A DNA stretch of 64,000 nucleotides from Callorhinchus milii (taxonomy: Eukaryota), in the NCBI RefSeq assembly GCF_018977255.1, contig NW_024704743.1, positions 22,446,001-22,510,000 on the forward strand. Direction: 5' to 3'. The position numbers were made by a program, and so were the translations under genes. This document shows, piece by piece, positions 49,901 through 62,820 of the stretch (position 1 is its first letter; each line of letters begins with the position of its first letter). The notes beneath the pieces are model-generated. The model was not told the origin of the DNA, did not search any database, and was given only the letters and a program-made list of their open reading frames with translations.

Positions 49901-51525
49901 GGGGTGACAGGGTGGGGACTGGCTCCAAGGCAACATGTTTTGTTGGGCAGTGGAATGTTGGAATCGAGCCAGCCCTCTGGCAGTCTTGGCAATCCAGTTT
50001 CTGAGCCAGACTGGTCTGCAATCCTCCAGGGCACTGACTGCTAGTGACAGCGCAGTTAGCTTAGCTCTTGGAAGTTGGAAGGTTACAGGACTTGGAAGGG
50101 CAGACCAGTCACTGGGTGCAGGGTCTTTTCCCACTCAGTTCCCATTAACTGACTGAGGGGACATTTACTGCAGTATATGACTCGTATTATATTTATAAAA
50201 TTTGTTGATAATCCTGCATTGAGCTGAACTGTAGATCTTGTTTTAAAATAGCAATTTATTGAAGGCTGTGTGAAGTCGATTGAAACATTCCAGAAAAATG
50301 AAAAAAGCTCTGAGAGGAGCTTTGCCATTACCATTTTACATTTTCTGGCAGAGGTCAGCTATTTTAGTACTTGTTGAGATCCTATTTTCAATTTTAAAGG
50401 GAGAGAACAAATACCAGAAAATTCACCATGTTAGAAAAGTTGTGCAAGTTTGCCTATTGCTAAGTTTTTATATTTTTCTTTGTCAAATATTTGTCCAATT
50501 CCTTTCTAAAATACCGTGTTTGATAGGCCATTCCATTACTTAAAAAGTAGGAATACATTGAAAAAATTAGTTCATATTTCAGGTTACTTTCAGTAGATGT
50601 CAAGACATAAGTGTTTGATTTTTGGAGATTGAAAAATCATGTTGTAACATATGGAATATTCTGGTCTCAGTAATGTAGCAACTATAAAAAGTGCAATTAA
50701 AATAAATCTGGGAGCAGAACTGGAAGCAATTGTTAAACCATCTAGTTTGCTCTACTTAAATTGGAGAGCTCATATTTGTAGTAGTAGTAATAATAATAAT
50801 ACTTGCATTTGATATAGTGCCTTATCATGTCATCTAGGTGTCTCAAACCGCTTCACAGAATATACTGTAAAATGAATTGACTGTATCTTTTGGGGGTGAA
50901 ACGCGGCAGCCAATTGCCACAGCGGGTTGGCATTTAAAATTACGAGAGCGAACATGATGTTTTTTTCTATATTCGTAGCTCAAAGAGCATAACTTTCGGA
51001 TCCTCAAGAAAATGTAACCAGATATTTGATTCTAGAGAATCAACTAAATTAAGTACTATTTTTCCAAGTGTCTAAATCGTTACTTAACATTTTTTTAACA
51101 AATTTTAATTTTTACAACTGGATTATAAATTTTGCATATAGAGAGTGTTAAGAATAATTTACATTTGGAGGGTGCTTTTATGAGTACTGAAATACGAATA
51201 CCTTTAGAATATATTTTCCTTGGCAGGCTTGAAAGACTAGATTTAAAAAGACAATTTTTGGATGGAAGTTAGGCACTATTGTTTTACAAATGTTATTAGC
51301 ATGTAATAATAATAATAATCCGTGCATTTGATATAGCACTTTTCACGTCTTCTAGATGTCTCAAAGCACTTCACAGAATATATGATTTTGAGAAAACATG
51401 GTCAACTCATAACTTATGCTTCATCAAATGTGGAATTAACTTAGCTAAAAATAGGTTTGTTGAAATGGAGGCAGATGAACATTGAGGAACTGTTCAACGC
51501 TAATACCTTTTTTTGTTTGTTTTAG

Positions 51526-51717
51526 AGTACTCCATCTGTACGGGCTAGAAGTTTATCGTTACTGCCTCATGGGGTATCAAACTCAACATCTCCTGGTAGC
51601 CAAAAACATCTGTCATCCAGTGGACCAGGTATTGTCACCATTACCCATCACAAATCTCCAGCAACTGCCCGACGTGCCAAGAACCAGTGCCCAGAACGTC
51701 TTCTGGATGTCAAAGAG
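51526..51717 (+). CDS. OSBPL10: OSBPL10 canonical exon 4 (STPSVRARSLSLLPHGVSNSTSPGSQKHLSSSGPGIVTITHHKSPATARRAKNQCPERLLDVKE)
   Basis: Poly-T acceptor ttttAG at 51524-25, donor GAG|GTACGT at 51717/18, 192 nt, phase 0-0. The VTITHHKSPA.ARRAK motif is ORP10-specific as recalled and distinguishes it from ORP11. Confidence 0.95.
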
Positions 51718-51762
51718 GTACGTTCCAGAAACTTAACAAAGGATAGTTTTCTTTTGATGGTT

Positions 51763-51950
51763 ACGGTAAACTCCTGGTATATCGTCAATCAAGGGAAAAG
51801 AGCTCATTGACGATATCTGGGATGACTATGTCGACATGAGACCTCTAGGAACACCAGTCCTGGAGGACCGACACTAAAATGCACTGCGCCTGCGCAGAGC
51901 GAGCAGCTGTCGGTGTGATACAGCGGCCCTAGCCGCCACAACTGTCAATT
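51763..51950 (+). mobile_element. Possible Tigger/pogo-type DNA transposon (MITE) end
   Basis: TA-CGGTAAACTCC start with internal inverted repeat ATATCGTCAAT...ATTGACGATAT; locally CpG-rich. No matching right end found. Confidence 0.4.
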
Positions 51951-52169
51951 TATCTGTTAAAACACGTTTAAGTTAAGTAACCAGTATATGTGTCAGTTTA
52001 TGATAGGCATCTGTGTCTGTAAAAGTAACTATTCATTTTAACAACTTGAATCACTCTGACTAACAATCAGGCAGAACCCTACGGAAGGCAAAGTCTAAAA
52101 TGTCTACTCACCGAGATCTTGCCACAACAGTCTACAAATACTATCAAGTTCCTGTTGTTTGTGCTTAAT

Positions 52170-52483
52170 AAATAATAATAATAATCCTTGCATTTGATAT
52201 AGGGCTTTTCACTTCTAGACGTCTCAAAGTACTTCACAGAATATACTGTAAAGTGAATTGACTGTATATTTTGTGGGCAAAACGCGGCAGCAAATTGCAC
52301 ACAGCAGTGTCCCACAAACAGTCGTGGATTGAGTGACCAAATTATTATTGTTTTTTTTTTCTTGAGGGATTATTATCAGACTTGTGGAGTAAGGAAACTT
52401 GCCCAAGGTTTCACCCTGCTGGGAATCGAACCCAGGTCTCTCGCTTGCAAGACGAGTGCTCTAACCACTGAATTATAGGACTG
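52170..52483 (-). mobile_element. SINE family A, short form
   Basis: Head to tail, lacks the internal block of the long form. Confidence 0.9.
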
Positions 52484-54517
52484 ACTTATGTAAGAGGTGC
52501 ATATTTTTGATGAAAATATGTTTGGACTTTCCAATTTTCCTTGCAAAATGTCACCATCCGTCAACCCATTTAGCAGATGCTGAAACTTTAGCAGACTTGC
52601 AGAGCTCACCATCAGTCTACACCTGTACTGGCAGAGACATATTCTCTGAATGTCAGTAAATTTAGTGACCAGAACAGAATAATTGTTCTCCTGCCAAATA
52701 TTATTGTAATATTTCAATATTTTAAACATTAAAATTGTGATCATGTTCTTGTTCTATGCACACAATACACATCAAGGATTGATATTTTGTGGAAAGTCAA
52801 ACCACTTATGCCAGTCTATCTTATTTTTCATAAATACTGATTTCCCCTGTGTCTATGTACTTGTAAACTGTTTTTTTGTTATTGAAGTGACAAGAATATT
52901 TCGCTTAACACTTGTATAGTGTAAGATCTGCTGCGTGAGAGTTTCCAGATATGAAACTGTTTAGTATGTGATTACTAAAGCTGTGTCCAACATATACTTC
53001 AGTATAATACAGTATATATTTATATAGCCCCTTTCACATTGGGAAACGTTTCAACACGATGGCTGAGGATAGGAGCCCAAACAGGTAGTGGTGAGGGGAA
53101 AGATGTCTGTTGATGTCTGAAAGATTTCCCTGAATTTTGTTTACTTTGACACCCAGTAAGAAGTTTTGAATAAGAGATGCACATCTGCAATAACTGGCTT
53201 CTTGTAGATTATTTTTAATGACCTGGTGAAAACTTGATTAGTTATACACTGAATCCATCTTATTATACAAGTACTTTGTTTACTTTTCTAAAATGTTGTG
53301 CCCTTGAAATTGTCAAAAGGGATGTCACCTGATGAGAATTTTTGGGATGTGGTGAAGGGATTTTCTGGTAAACATTTGCTCTCTTAAATATGAGAATCTG
53401 CCCATTATTCTCTTAATCTCTTTTATTGAATGTATAGAATAATTGCATTGTTCTGTTGTGTAATTTCCTTTTGATGTGAATGTTAATATGGTTCTTATAC
53501 GATAACTGACTAGGTTTTAAGAATGTTTTGTTGCTGTACATATTGCACAATAAATAGATTAATGTTAAAGCTGACTATTATGAATTGAGTTACTTGTGTA
53601 GGTCAAGCTAACCTTAAAAAATAAAGAGATATTGAAAAGTGAACTATTGTTAAACATACACGTCAGAAATTTGAAAATCAAAGTGGAGGATGTTGGTATT
53701 CAGTGAAGCACCAGATCTTAAAGACAAAAATGTTGCAGACTTGAAATCTGGTCTGTACTAAATTTAGTTGATTTCATTAGGCAGTAGGTGGGTTGCTCCA
53801 ATTGACCGTAGCACTAAGGTGTTAGCAAGTGCAAAAATTACCAGGTTTCTTATTCACGATTGCTATACAGAGTGCCTTGCTGCACAATAGCACATGCTCA
53901 CCAAAGTTAGACTAACTCATGGAAGGATCTTGGAGCAAGGAAGGAGGCAGGAGTGTGTGTTTAGTGCCCAATAATGCCTTCCATTAACCGGGAGAGGTGC
54001 TTTCCCCAAATGGAAATGCCCAGACATCCCTGCAGAGGAAGACTGAGGGACATTCTAGGTGTGCATAAGCTCAGTCAGGCAAGGAACCTGAGTGAATGTA
54101 GATTCTCTCTTAGATTGACAATTTATACTCTATAAGAGACAATACACCTAATTGCGTGTGTGTAACGGGTATACTGCATGTCTACTAAGTAGGCTTTGTT
54201 CCACCTTGGCTCAAACCCTCTATGTTCCCCTTGGGAGTGGTGGAAAGAAAGATGAAGAAACATTGGCAAAAGAGATTGTTTTAATATCAAAACAAAATTA
54301 AAGTGATCTGGAAAATATTGGAGTATATGGGGAAATGAAGCAAATTTGTGAATGTGGGAATGTTCACACACTGGTATTTATTATCAGTAAAAAACAAAAC
54401 TGAACGGAATTGCTTATTTTAACCTTTAATCACCTCACTGATTTTGATGACTGCTTGTTTTTGTGTGGAAAATGGTGCTGTGTTCAGTTGGCAATTTAAC
54501 TATCCTAGATTCACTAT

Positions 54518-55481
54518 CTTTGAGTGCTGGTTAAATATTGTTAATCGAGGATTTTCCTCTTAGGACCTTTCCCCAGATGTTTCAACTTGTTAAGGGTAGA
54601 AGACTGTTAAGTGATGGCCTTCTACTCTTAGTGACAGATTTACTCTTGGTAACATAACATGTACTCTCTAGTGGAGTCCTGTAGCTCAGTGGTTAGAGCA
54701 CTCGCTTTGCAAGTGAGAGACCTGAGTTCAATTCCTGGCAGGGCGAAACCTTGGGCAAGTTTCCTTACTCCACACGCCGAATAATAATCCCTCCAAAAAC
54801 CAAAAACAATAATAAATTGGTCATTTTCAATCCACGACTGTTTGTGGGACATTGCTGTGCGCCATTGGCTGCCGCGTTCGCCCACAAATATACAGTCAAT
54901 TCACTTTACAGTGTGTTCTGTGAAGCGCTTTGGTACGTCCTCCCGACGTGAAAAGTGCTATATCAAATGCAAGGATTATTATTAAAGATTTGTTTTATGA
55001 TCCTGGGACAGCTGTTTTATAGTCATAAATTATGCAAAGTCTTTACAGCTCCAACGGTCTTTGTTGCAAAACTTGTTTCATCAGTGATTCACACCTTCCT
55101 AACCATTGCATCCTTTCGCCCACTTGTTGATGGAAAGTCCAGATACCTGAGCAAGCCTGTATTCTGCAATGGATTTGGACCTTTGAGTGCTGGTTAAATA
55201 TTGTTAATCGAGCATTTTCCTCTTAGGACCTTTCCCCAGATGTTTCAACTTGTTAAGGGTAGCAGACTGTTAAGTGATGGCCTTCTACTCTTAGTGACAG
55301 ATTTACTCTTGGCAACATAACATGTACTCTCTAATGAGAGATTTGTTTTATGATCCTGGGACAGCTGTTTTATAGTCATAAATTATGCAAAGTCTTTACA
55401 GCTCCAACAGTCTTTGTTTGCAAAACTTGTTTCATCAGTGATTCACACCTTCCTAACCATTGTATCCTTTCTCCCACTTGT
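54518..55481. repeat. Local tandem duplication of about 300 nt (54518-54670 plus 54986-55128 versus 55181-55481)
   Basis: Near-identical blocks read directly. Confidence 0.92.
54671..54985 (+). mobile_element. SINE family A, short form
   Basis: ggagtcctgtagctcagtggttagagcactcgctttgcaagtgagagacctgagttcaattcc head; (ATT)n tail. Confidence 0.93.
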
Positions 55482-55484
55482 TCA

Positions 55485-55790
55485 TGGAGTCCTGTAGCTC
55501 AGTGGTTAGAGCACTTGCCTTGGGTTCAGTTCCAGGCAGGGCAAAACCTTGGACAAGTTTTCCTTACTCCACACGCCTAATAATAATCCCTCCAAAAAAC
55601 AAAACAATAATAAATTGGTCATTTTCAGTCCACGACTGTTTGTGGGACATTGCTGTGTGCAATTGGCTGCCACGTTTTGCCTATAAATATACAGTCAATT
55701 TACTTTGCAGCATATTCTGTGAAGCGCTTTGGGACGTCCAGAAGACGTGAAAAGCGGTATATCAAATGCAAGGATTATTATTATTATTAA
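55485..55790 (+). mobile_element. SINE family A, short form (anticodon arm partly deleted)
   Basis: As above. Confidence 0.9.
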
Positions 55791-55799
55791 ATCTTTCAA

Positions 55800-56760
55800 C
55801 AACTGACAACAACTTGCACTTGTATAGCATCTCTCACGAAGGATACCGTCCAAGAGTGCTTGACAGTGGCGGAGCACGACGCTTAGCTGTAGGGAGGTGG
55901 GAGATGATCGTAGGCATGGTTGAAGAGGAAGGTCTTCAGGCGCGATCTGAAGATGGGGGAAGGGGCATGCATGGTGGAGGTATAGAGGAAGTGGGCTCCA
56001 AAGTTTTGGGGGACTAGTGGCTGAAAGCATGGTCAACAATGGTGGAAGAGGGCATGAGGGACATGCCAAAGGCTTGGTAGACATGTAATATACCTGTCAC
56101 ACTTAAATTAGGTATATTAGGAGGCCGGAGCCAGTCGAGCGGAGACAGCAGGTAGTGGGTTGACGAGTAAGCAGGTCATACAGGTGGGGAGGAGCCAGGA
56201 CATGAAGGGATCTTAAAGTTGATCCATTCAGCGATAAGGAACCAGTGGAGCCTGGCCAGAACTGGTGTGATGGGGGTACAGAGTTTAGTACGGATGCGTA
56301 TGCAGGTGGCGGAGTTTTGGATCAGCTGGATCCTGTGTATGGTGGTGTTGGGGAGACTGGTAAAGAGGGCATTTGAGAAGTCGAGTCGGGAAATGATGAA
56401 CGCATGGACGAGTGTTTCGGTTGTGTCTGGGGAAAGGTACGGTCGGAGGCAGGCAATGTAGCGGAGGTGGAGGAAGGCGGTCCTGGTAAGGGACCGGATG
56501 TGGGGAAGGAAGGACAACTGGGTCTAACCTGACGCCTAGGTTACACACCGGTTCAGTGTCTTCCAAGGAGCTGAGGAGCAAAGGGATTTGGGAGTGCAGT
56601 CCGTGAAAGTGGAGTGGAGCTGTGGGTGACCATAGGTGAGGTCGAAGAGGTGGGATTTCAAGACGGATAGAGACAGGATGAGTTGGAGGATAGTGCAGGA
56701 AGTTCCAGGATTGGGGGCATTATGTTTGAAGGCTTAGCCATTGTTGGCGCATAGAGGGAC
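55800..56760 (-). mobile_element. L2 LINE ORF2 3' fragments
   Basis: ETLVHAFIISRLDFSN...PITPVLARLHWF...INFKI and the L2 tail near 55805-55860. Confidence 0.88.
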
Positions 56761-59700
56761 AGGAGCATGTAGCAGGAGAGAGGGAGAAAGCTGCTAACGC
56801 ATGAAGTGATTTATATAATAAATAAAAGGAGCATTTTTTTTGCAAAGTCATAGAAAGTGGTGTGCAGGTAAATATGGTCAGCAAAATTAAACAGATTAGT
56901 ATAATTTTAATCTCAAACCGCAGTATAGTACATGACTCAAAGTCTCAAAGCTGGAAAGTAGTAACTTTGGATAACGCTCACAGTGGTTCTATATCTGTAT
57001 CTTAAGTTGGCATGATTCCAGTGTAGATGAGTCTGTGTGGCAAAAACAGCCTTGAATTTGTGAAGGTGCCAATTGGCAAGAATCCTGCCACAACAATTGT
57101 AATGATGTTTGCAATCTGTTCTTGAACCCGATTAACCCTGAGAATATTTTTGTCAACTCTACTGAATTCTGGACAGTACTGGCTGTGAATTCGTTTTTTA
57201 TACAGAACACAGTATTTCAAAATCTGCGCGGATGATTAACCCCAGAGCAATAAATTGCTGCATTCTATGAAGATTCAAAAAATCCAGAAGCAATAATGAT
57301 GAAGGGATTTAAAATTTGAAAGATATAACTCTTCCAATGACGTGTAAAAGCACCAGCCAATGAAGACTAGGCTAGACAGATTAGAGAGTTATAGATTCAA
57401 ATCCAGGTGTTTGTTGGTGATGATAATAATAATCGATCTAGCTGATCATGGCAAAAGTACTAGTTGGCAATACAATTGAACCCAGCATCCCTGAGTTACG
57501 GAGAGGAAAATCAACCGTAAATCCTGGCCCTCGTGCAGAAATCTATATCAGATTAAATGCGTGTGTATGTGTGCGTGGATGTCGGGTGAGGACATGGTTG
57601 AGCTTCTTCTGTGACGCACTTGGGCAGCCTCCCAACACTCAGTCAAAGCTTACATGAATAATGACCACGTGGGTGAATATTGCATGTAGAATTGTACCCC
57701 AGTAGAAGGATGAAGTAGTCTGATGGCTTCATGAGATTGGCCATAGGAGAAAACTGAAGTTTTTTTTTAAAAAAAGTAAATGTTTTGCTGAAGGATTAGG
57801 CTCTCCAAGACTGGAGCTGTTTAGAAGTGGATTTGCTTTTTAGGCATAAAACACAAAAAAAAATGTGCTGCTATAACTCCTTAGTTTAATAGATTAATGT
57901 GACTTGTGCATTTGGTAGAGGCAGTGTGCTATTTTTAAAATAATTATTTTGACCTGAAGCCGACCTTGGTTAAATTAAGAGCATGTTACATACACTTGTT
58001 GTGGTTGCAGATGGGAGTTTTTCGTGGAAACTTGGATGTTTTTCCTGTTGCTTGCTGGCATTTGTCCTAGAAAATATTTGACAGCATTCCACATAAGATC
58101 AGAAACAATTGACTGCATCTTATCTGACGAACTGTTACTGTTTAAACAACCTTTCTGATTTTGGTCTCTTCTTTCCATTGGTTGATGATGTGCTCATGTA
58201 ATTTGTACACTCATGGCACTGATTCAGCTCTTCCAGTGAATGTGGGAAAAAAAACTTGCAGCAGTAAAGCTCCTCAGTCGAAAATTATCATAGAATAATA
58301 AAGAATCCTAACCCACTATAAAACAGATAAAATCAAACAATTCAATTAGAAGTAAAACATAACTTTTAAAAATAATAATTTATCTATCCTCGCTCTGGTA
58401 TAATTGCCTTCCAGCAATTTATAGTGGGCTACATTTGAGAATGCAAGATTTTTTTGTCCTATTTAATCTAATTCAATATTTTGCCTGTATGATCTTTTTT
58501 CCAAAAAATTGCAAAGTTTGTTATTATAAATTATTTAAATTCAGAAATTTTCATTACAATTTACATGCTTACATTTTATGTTGGGTGGATGTCTCATATC
58601 GCTCCCACAACTGCCTTCATGGAGGGTGGGGAGAGAAAGGAAAATGACAGCTGACTGGGAGCCCAATTAATCTGTCGTTGTATCAATAATGTAAAATTAC
58701 ATTCTACATATAAACAGATCATCTACTTTCAGATATTGAATTCTTTTCAAGAAGGGACACATCTTGGAATGAGACTTGGATAATAAATCTTGGATTATCC
58801 TTTAAACTATCCAAGATGCTACCTCATGTGAAAGCCTCTATATAAATGCAAGTTGTTGCATTTGATATAGTGCCTTTCATGTCATGTGGATATTTCCAAG
58901 TGCTTCGTGGGACTTACAGTTGATGTGTAGTGACTGTGTAATTGTATACTCCTTGGAGGTGTTAAGTGCATCTCCCTGGTGCTGAATTGGCTCCAAGGTG
59001 CCGTGCTTGGTAATGAAATGTTGGAATTGAGTCAGTCCTTTGTGGCTCACATTTGTGTTGTCACGATGATTCCCTTCTATTGCTGCACTACACATTCCAA
59101 GGGGGGATATAAGTGGGATCTCCTTGAAGCAGGCTGTTGTAAGGCTACGTGCTTGGCATGGAGTGTCGGAATTGGGTTGATCCAATGTGGCGGTCTCTAT
59201 GGTTCTGTTTCTGAGCCTGGCAGGCCTGCAGTACTCTCGCCCAGCCAGCCTGGCTCATCAATAGGACTTGGAAAGGCGGACTAGTCACCAGGAGCAGGTA
59301 TTCTTCCCATTGAGTTCCTGTTAACCCTGTAAGCCAAAGCCCTACCTGTGGTATAGGGGTTCTAGTGGTGGAAAACTTTTATACGTTCAAGCATGGCGAA
59401 GGGTTACTTTCAACCATGGCATGTGTTAGACCAAAAAAAGATGTATTCATAGGTGAACAAATGCTTTATCACATTGAAACGTCCAGAAGTGCTTCAGAGT
59501 TTTCTGTGTAGTGACAGTGTGTATGGACAAAGTTCACCTCTGTAAAACATTATGCGGTGCCATATTTTGTTGGCAGTGTCACCAAACTCAACAAATAATG
59601 TCCTGTCGTCTTTTGTTATTTCAGTTACTTAGCATAAAATATATGGTTAAAATTACAATAGGAGGAAAGCATAGATGCAGTGAGAGAGGGAGATTGCAAA

Positions 59701-59964
59701 TTTGAACTTGAATTTTGTAAGAGTACTGCATGTAGAGAGGTGTTAATTACATGATCTGGCGACTTGAAAGTTAGGTATTTGTTCATGAACTGTTCATTTG
59801 TGTTAGTTTGCGCCCCGTATCAGAATCGGGTATTTGCAAACCAGATTACACCACGTTTTGGATTCAGTGCAGTTATAATTATGTTCCCTGTCCAGATGTT
59901 TGCATCAAAATAGCTTTTTCAAATAACTTGTTGGGGTACAAAATGTAGGCTGTGCAATTGCAGT

Positions 59965-60480
59965 TTATTATACGCTGAACTGCAAAGCGAAGTGACTGTG
60001 TATTTTGTGGGCGAAACGCGGCAGCCAGTTGTGACCAGCGACGTCCCCACAAACAGTCGCGGATTGGAATGACTGATTTATTATTTATTTATTTTTGTGG
60101 GAGTATTCTCTCCTCTCGCAATCGTTGAATGTCGTTTTCACCCGGACACAATCTTGGCTGCTGCGCACACTCACCGCTATTCGCCCACAAATATACAGTC
60201 AATTCACTTTACAGTATTTTCTGTGAAGCGCTTTGAGACATCGAGAAGATGTGAAAAGCACTATATCAAATGCAAGGATAATTATTATTATATTAGAAAC
60301 CTTGTACTTGATCTAATGCCTTATCATGCCAGTGAAACATCTCAAAGCGCCTCACAAGATTTACTGTAGGCTGTAGTGACTGTGTATTTATGTAGGTGAA
60401 CGTGGTGACCAAATTTCGCACAGCAAATTCGCACAGCACATCAAACAGTCAGCCATGAACTGAAATGACCAATTTTATCT
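59965..60480. mobile_element. Cluster of SINE 3' fragments in alternating orientation
   Basis: Minus 59975-60085, plus 60180-60292, minus 60300-60480. Confidence 0.75.
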
Positions 60481-61122
60481 GGGTAATTTTTGACCAGTAC
60501 CATTTTCAAATATTGCCATAGGATGTTTAACATTCATCTGAATGGGATTTGATTTAATGTCTTACTTCCCATTGTCTCTTTGCATGACACTCTTAAGCTC
60601 CTTGAATGAGATTTTTTGAACTGGTTGTTTGTTATGCTATAAATAGCACAGTGTATATGTCCATAATAAAGTGGATTGAGGCTGGCCACACTATATGCAC
60701 TTAAAACTCTTAACTATATCACTTCATGCAGAGAATGAAGCAGTTCTTAACTGTTAAAACCATTAGGAGAATGGTTTTAAATGTACCAGGAATTCAAAAC
60801 AATCTTTCCCGAGACATTTATTTGAACAGAAATCTTTAATTGGCCAACAGTTTGATGCAAATTGTTAAGCTTTTGTTTGGTGCCATTGTCATGGCATCCT
60901 TGCTAATTCTCAATTTTTATTTTATGACTTTCTTGCCAATGTAGGAAAACTATTAATATGTAGATAATCTGGTGGTGCTTGAAGTGCACTGAGCCATAGG
61001 GTAGAGGAGGTGCTGTTTGGTTGTTTTTAAACATTGGTCTATTTTGCACATTGTTACCTGCTTATGTACAATATAAAGCAGCAAAGCCCACAGAGTTTTA
61101 AACTGCTACATTTTTTTGTTAG

Positions 61123-61330
61123 ATAATGAGCCAAGCCGAGGGACAACAGAGAAGTCTTGTGCAGTCGATAGAATCCCTCCCAACTTCTGGCCCAATGTCT
61201 GCATTGGATCAAGATTTGCTGCTTTTGAAAGCGACCTCAGCTGCTACTATGAGCTGTCTTGGTGAATGCCTGAATATTCTCCAGCAGAGTGTACAGCCAG
61301 CAGTCCAAAACAACAGAAGAACTCCATCAG
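61123..61330 (+). CDS. OSBPL10: OSBPL10 canonical exon 5, coiled-coil/dimerisation region ([58 protein letters not shown]...)
   Basis: Acceptor ttgttAG at 61121-22, donor G|GTTAGT at 61330/31, 208 nt, phase 0 to 1. [12 protein letters not shown] motif of ORP10/11. Confidence 0.95.
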
Positions 61331-62499
61331 GTTAGTGTGATGGTGTCAGACTAGCAGGGCGTAGTGTATTTAGATAGTTTTCTTTTAGGAAATAACATTA
61401 TGGGATACAGTACATAGATAGTTTGGGACATATGTGCATGCAACCGCCAGGAAGGTGGAGGGCAAACTAGATGGACCTTGGTCTTTTTTTTGTCTAGCAT
61501 TTCTTATGTTCTTATATATCTCACCCTTTTAGTTTTACATTTTCTCATAACTGCTAGCAATGCTGCTCTGATAAGTTCACTGCCTTCACCCACACCCACC
61601 CCGACTTTTTGACCTCTAACCGTTGTAGTCTTCTATCGAGTAGATCAAATAAAAGTTTGCGTCTATTTAAAAGCTTCACAGATTCAGGCACTGCTGCGAC
61701 AGTTGTTATATGTTGTAATTCTTTGGCAGTTGTTATACATTGTTATTCTTCTCCTGTTACCAATAAAACGGTTTCAGATGTTCTGGGATTTCTGCAGTTC
61801 TTCCTGAAATTGCTGGAGTTAATGAAAGTTGATGGAATAGTCTTTAATCTAATGGATTTTAACCCCGAAGTCAACACATTTGCTTCATCAGTTCATATCG
61901 TTGCATGAAAGATAGCTTTTGCGTGGACAGCACCTGAAATGCTATGTCCTAGGCAGAACAAAGTATAGTTCAGCCATATTTCTTTTATAATTGATTTTCA
62001 ACTGGCAGGATAAGAATAAACAACCTTTCCTTTCTTACATCCATGAAGTAATTATCTCACATAAAAAGAATAATAAAATACAATCTGCAGATTTGTTATA
62101 GAAGACTTTAACATAATATTGATTAAAACTTGAATTTGTTATGGACAAAGATCTTCAACAATCTTTAGCTACAATGACAAGTCATCTTGACATTTTTCTC
62201 GTTACATCACCATTTTTAACCATTAATCAAAATGGTGTCTAATCGTCATAAGCATTTCTTAACCATTGATTAAAATAATTATTTCGACTACATGGGTTAA
62301 CATATTCACAATTTCAATTATGAAGCGGGATTACATGTGTGTATTATATTATATATATATATAGATTTGTTTGGGTGCGCACACAGATGGCCACACACAA
62401 ATTTGCACTCTTCTGTAATATGGCAAGGCACACATTGTGCTTTTAAGAGTTAGTTTTGCTGTTCAAAGTTGAACATCTATAATAATCCTGGCATTTGAT

Positions 62500-62820
62500 A
62501 TAATAATAATACTAATAATAATAATAATCCTTGCATTTGATATAGCGCTTTTCACGTCGGGAGGACGTCCCAAAGCGCTTCACAGAATATACTGTAAAGT
62601 GAATTGACTGTATATTTGTGGGTGAAACGCAGCAGCGAATTGCGCACAGCAGTGTCCCACCAACACTCGTGGATTGAAGTGACCAATTTTTTTTTCTTGA
62701 GGGATTATTATTAGGTGTGTGGAGTAAGGAAATTTGCCGAAGGTTTCACCCTGCTGGGAATCAAACCCAGGTCTCTCACTCGAGAGGCGAGTGCTCTAAC
62801 CACTGAGCTACAGGACTCCA
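62500..62820 (-). mobile_element. SINE family A, short form with L2-type terminal loop
   Basis: Head at the right end. Reverse complement of 62544-62579 is agcgctttgggACGTC-ctccc-GACGTgaaaagcgct. Confidence 0.92.
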
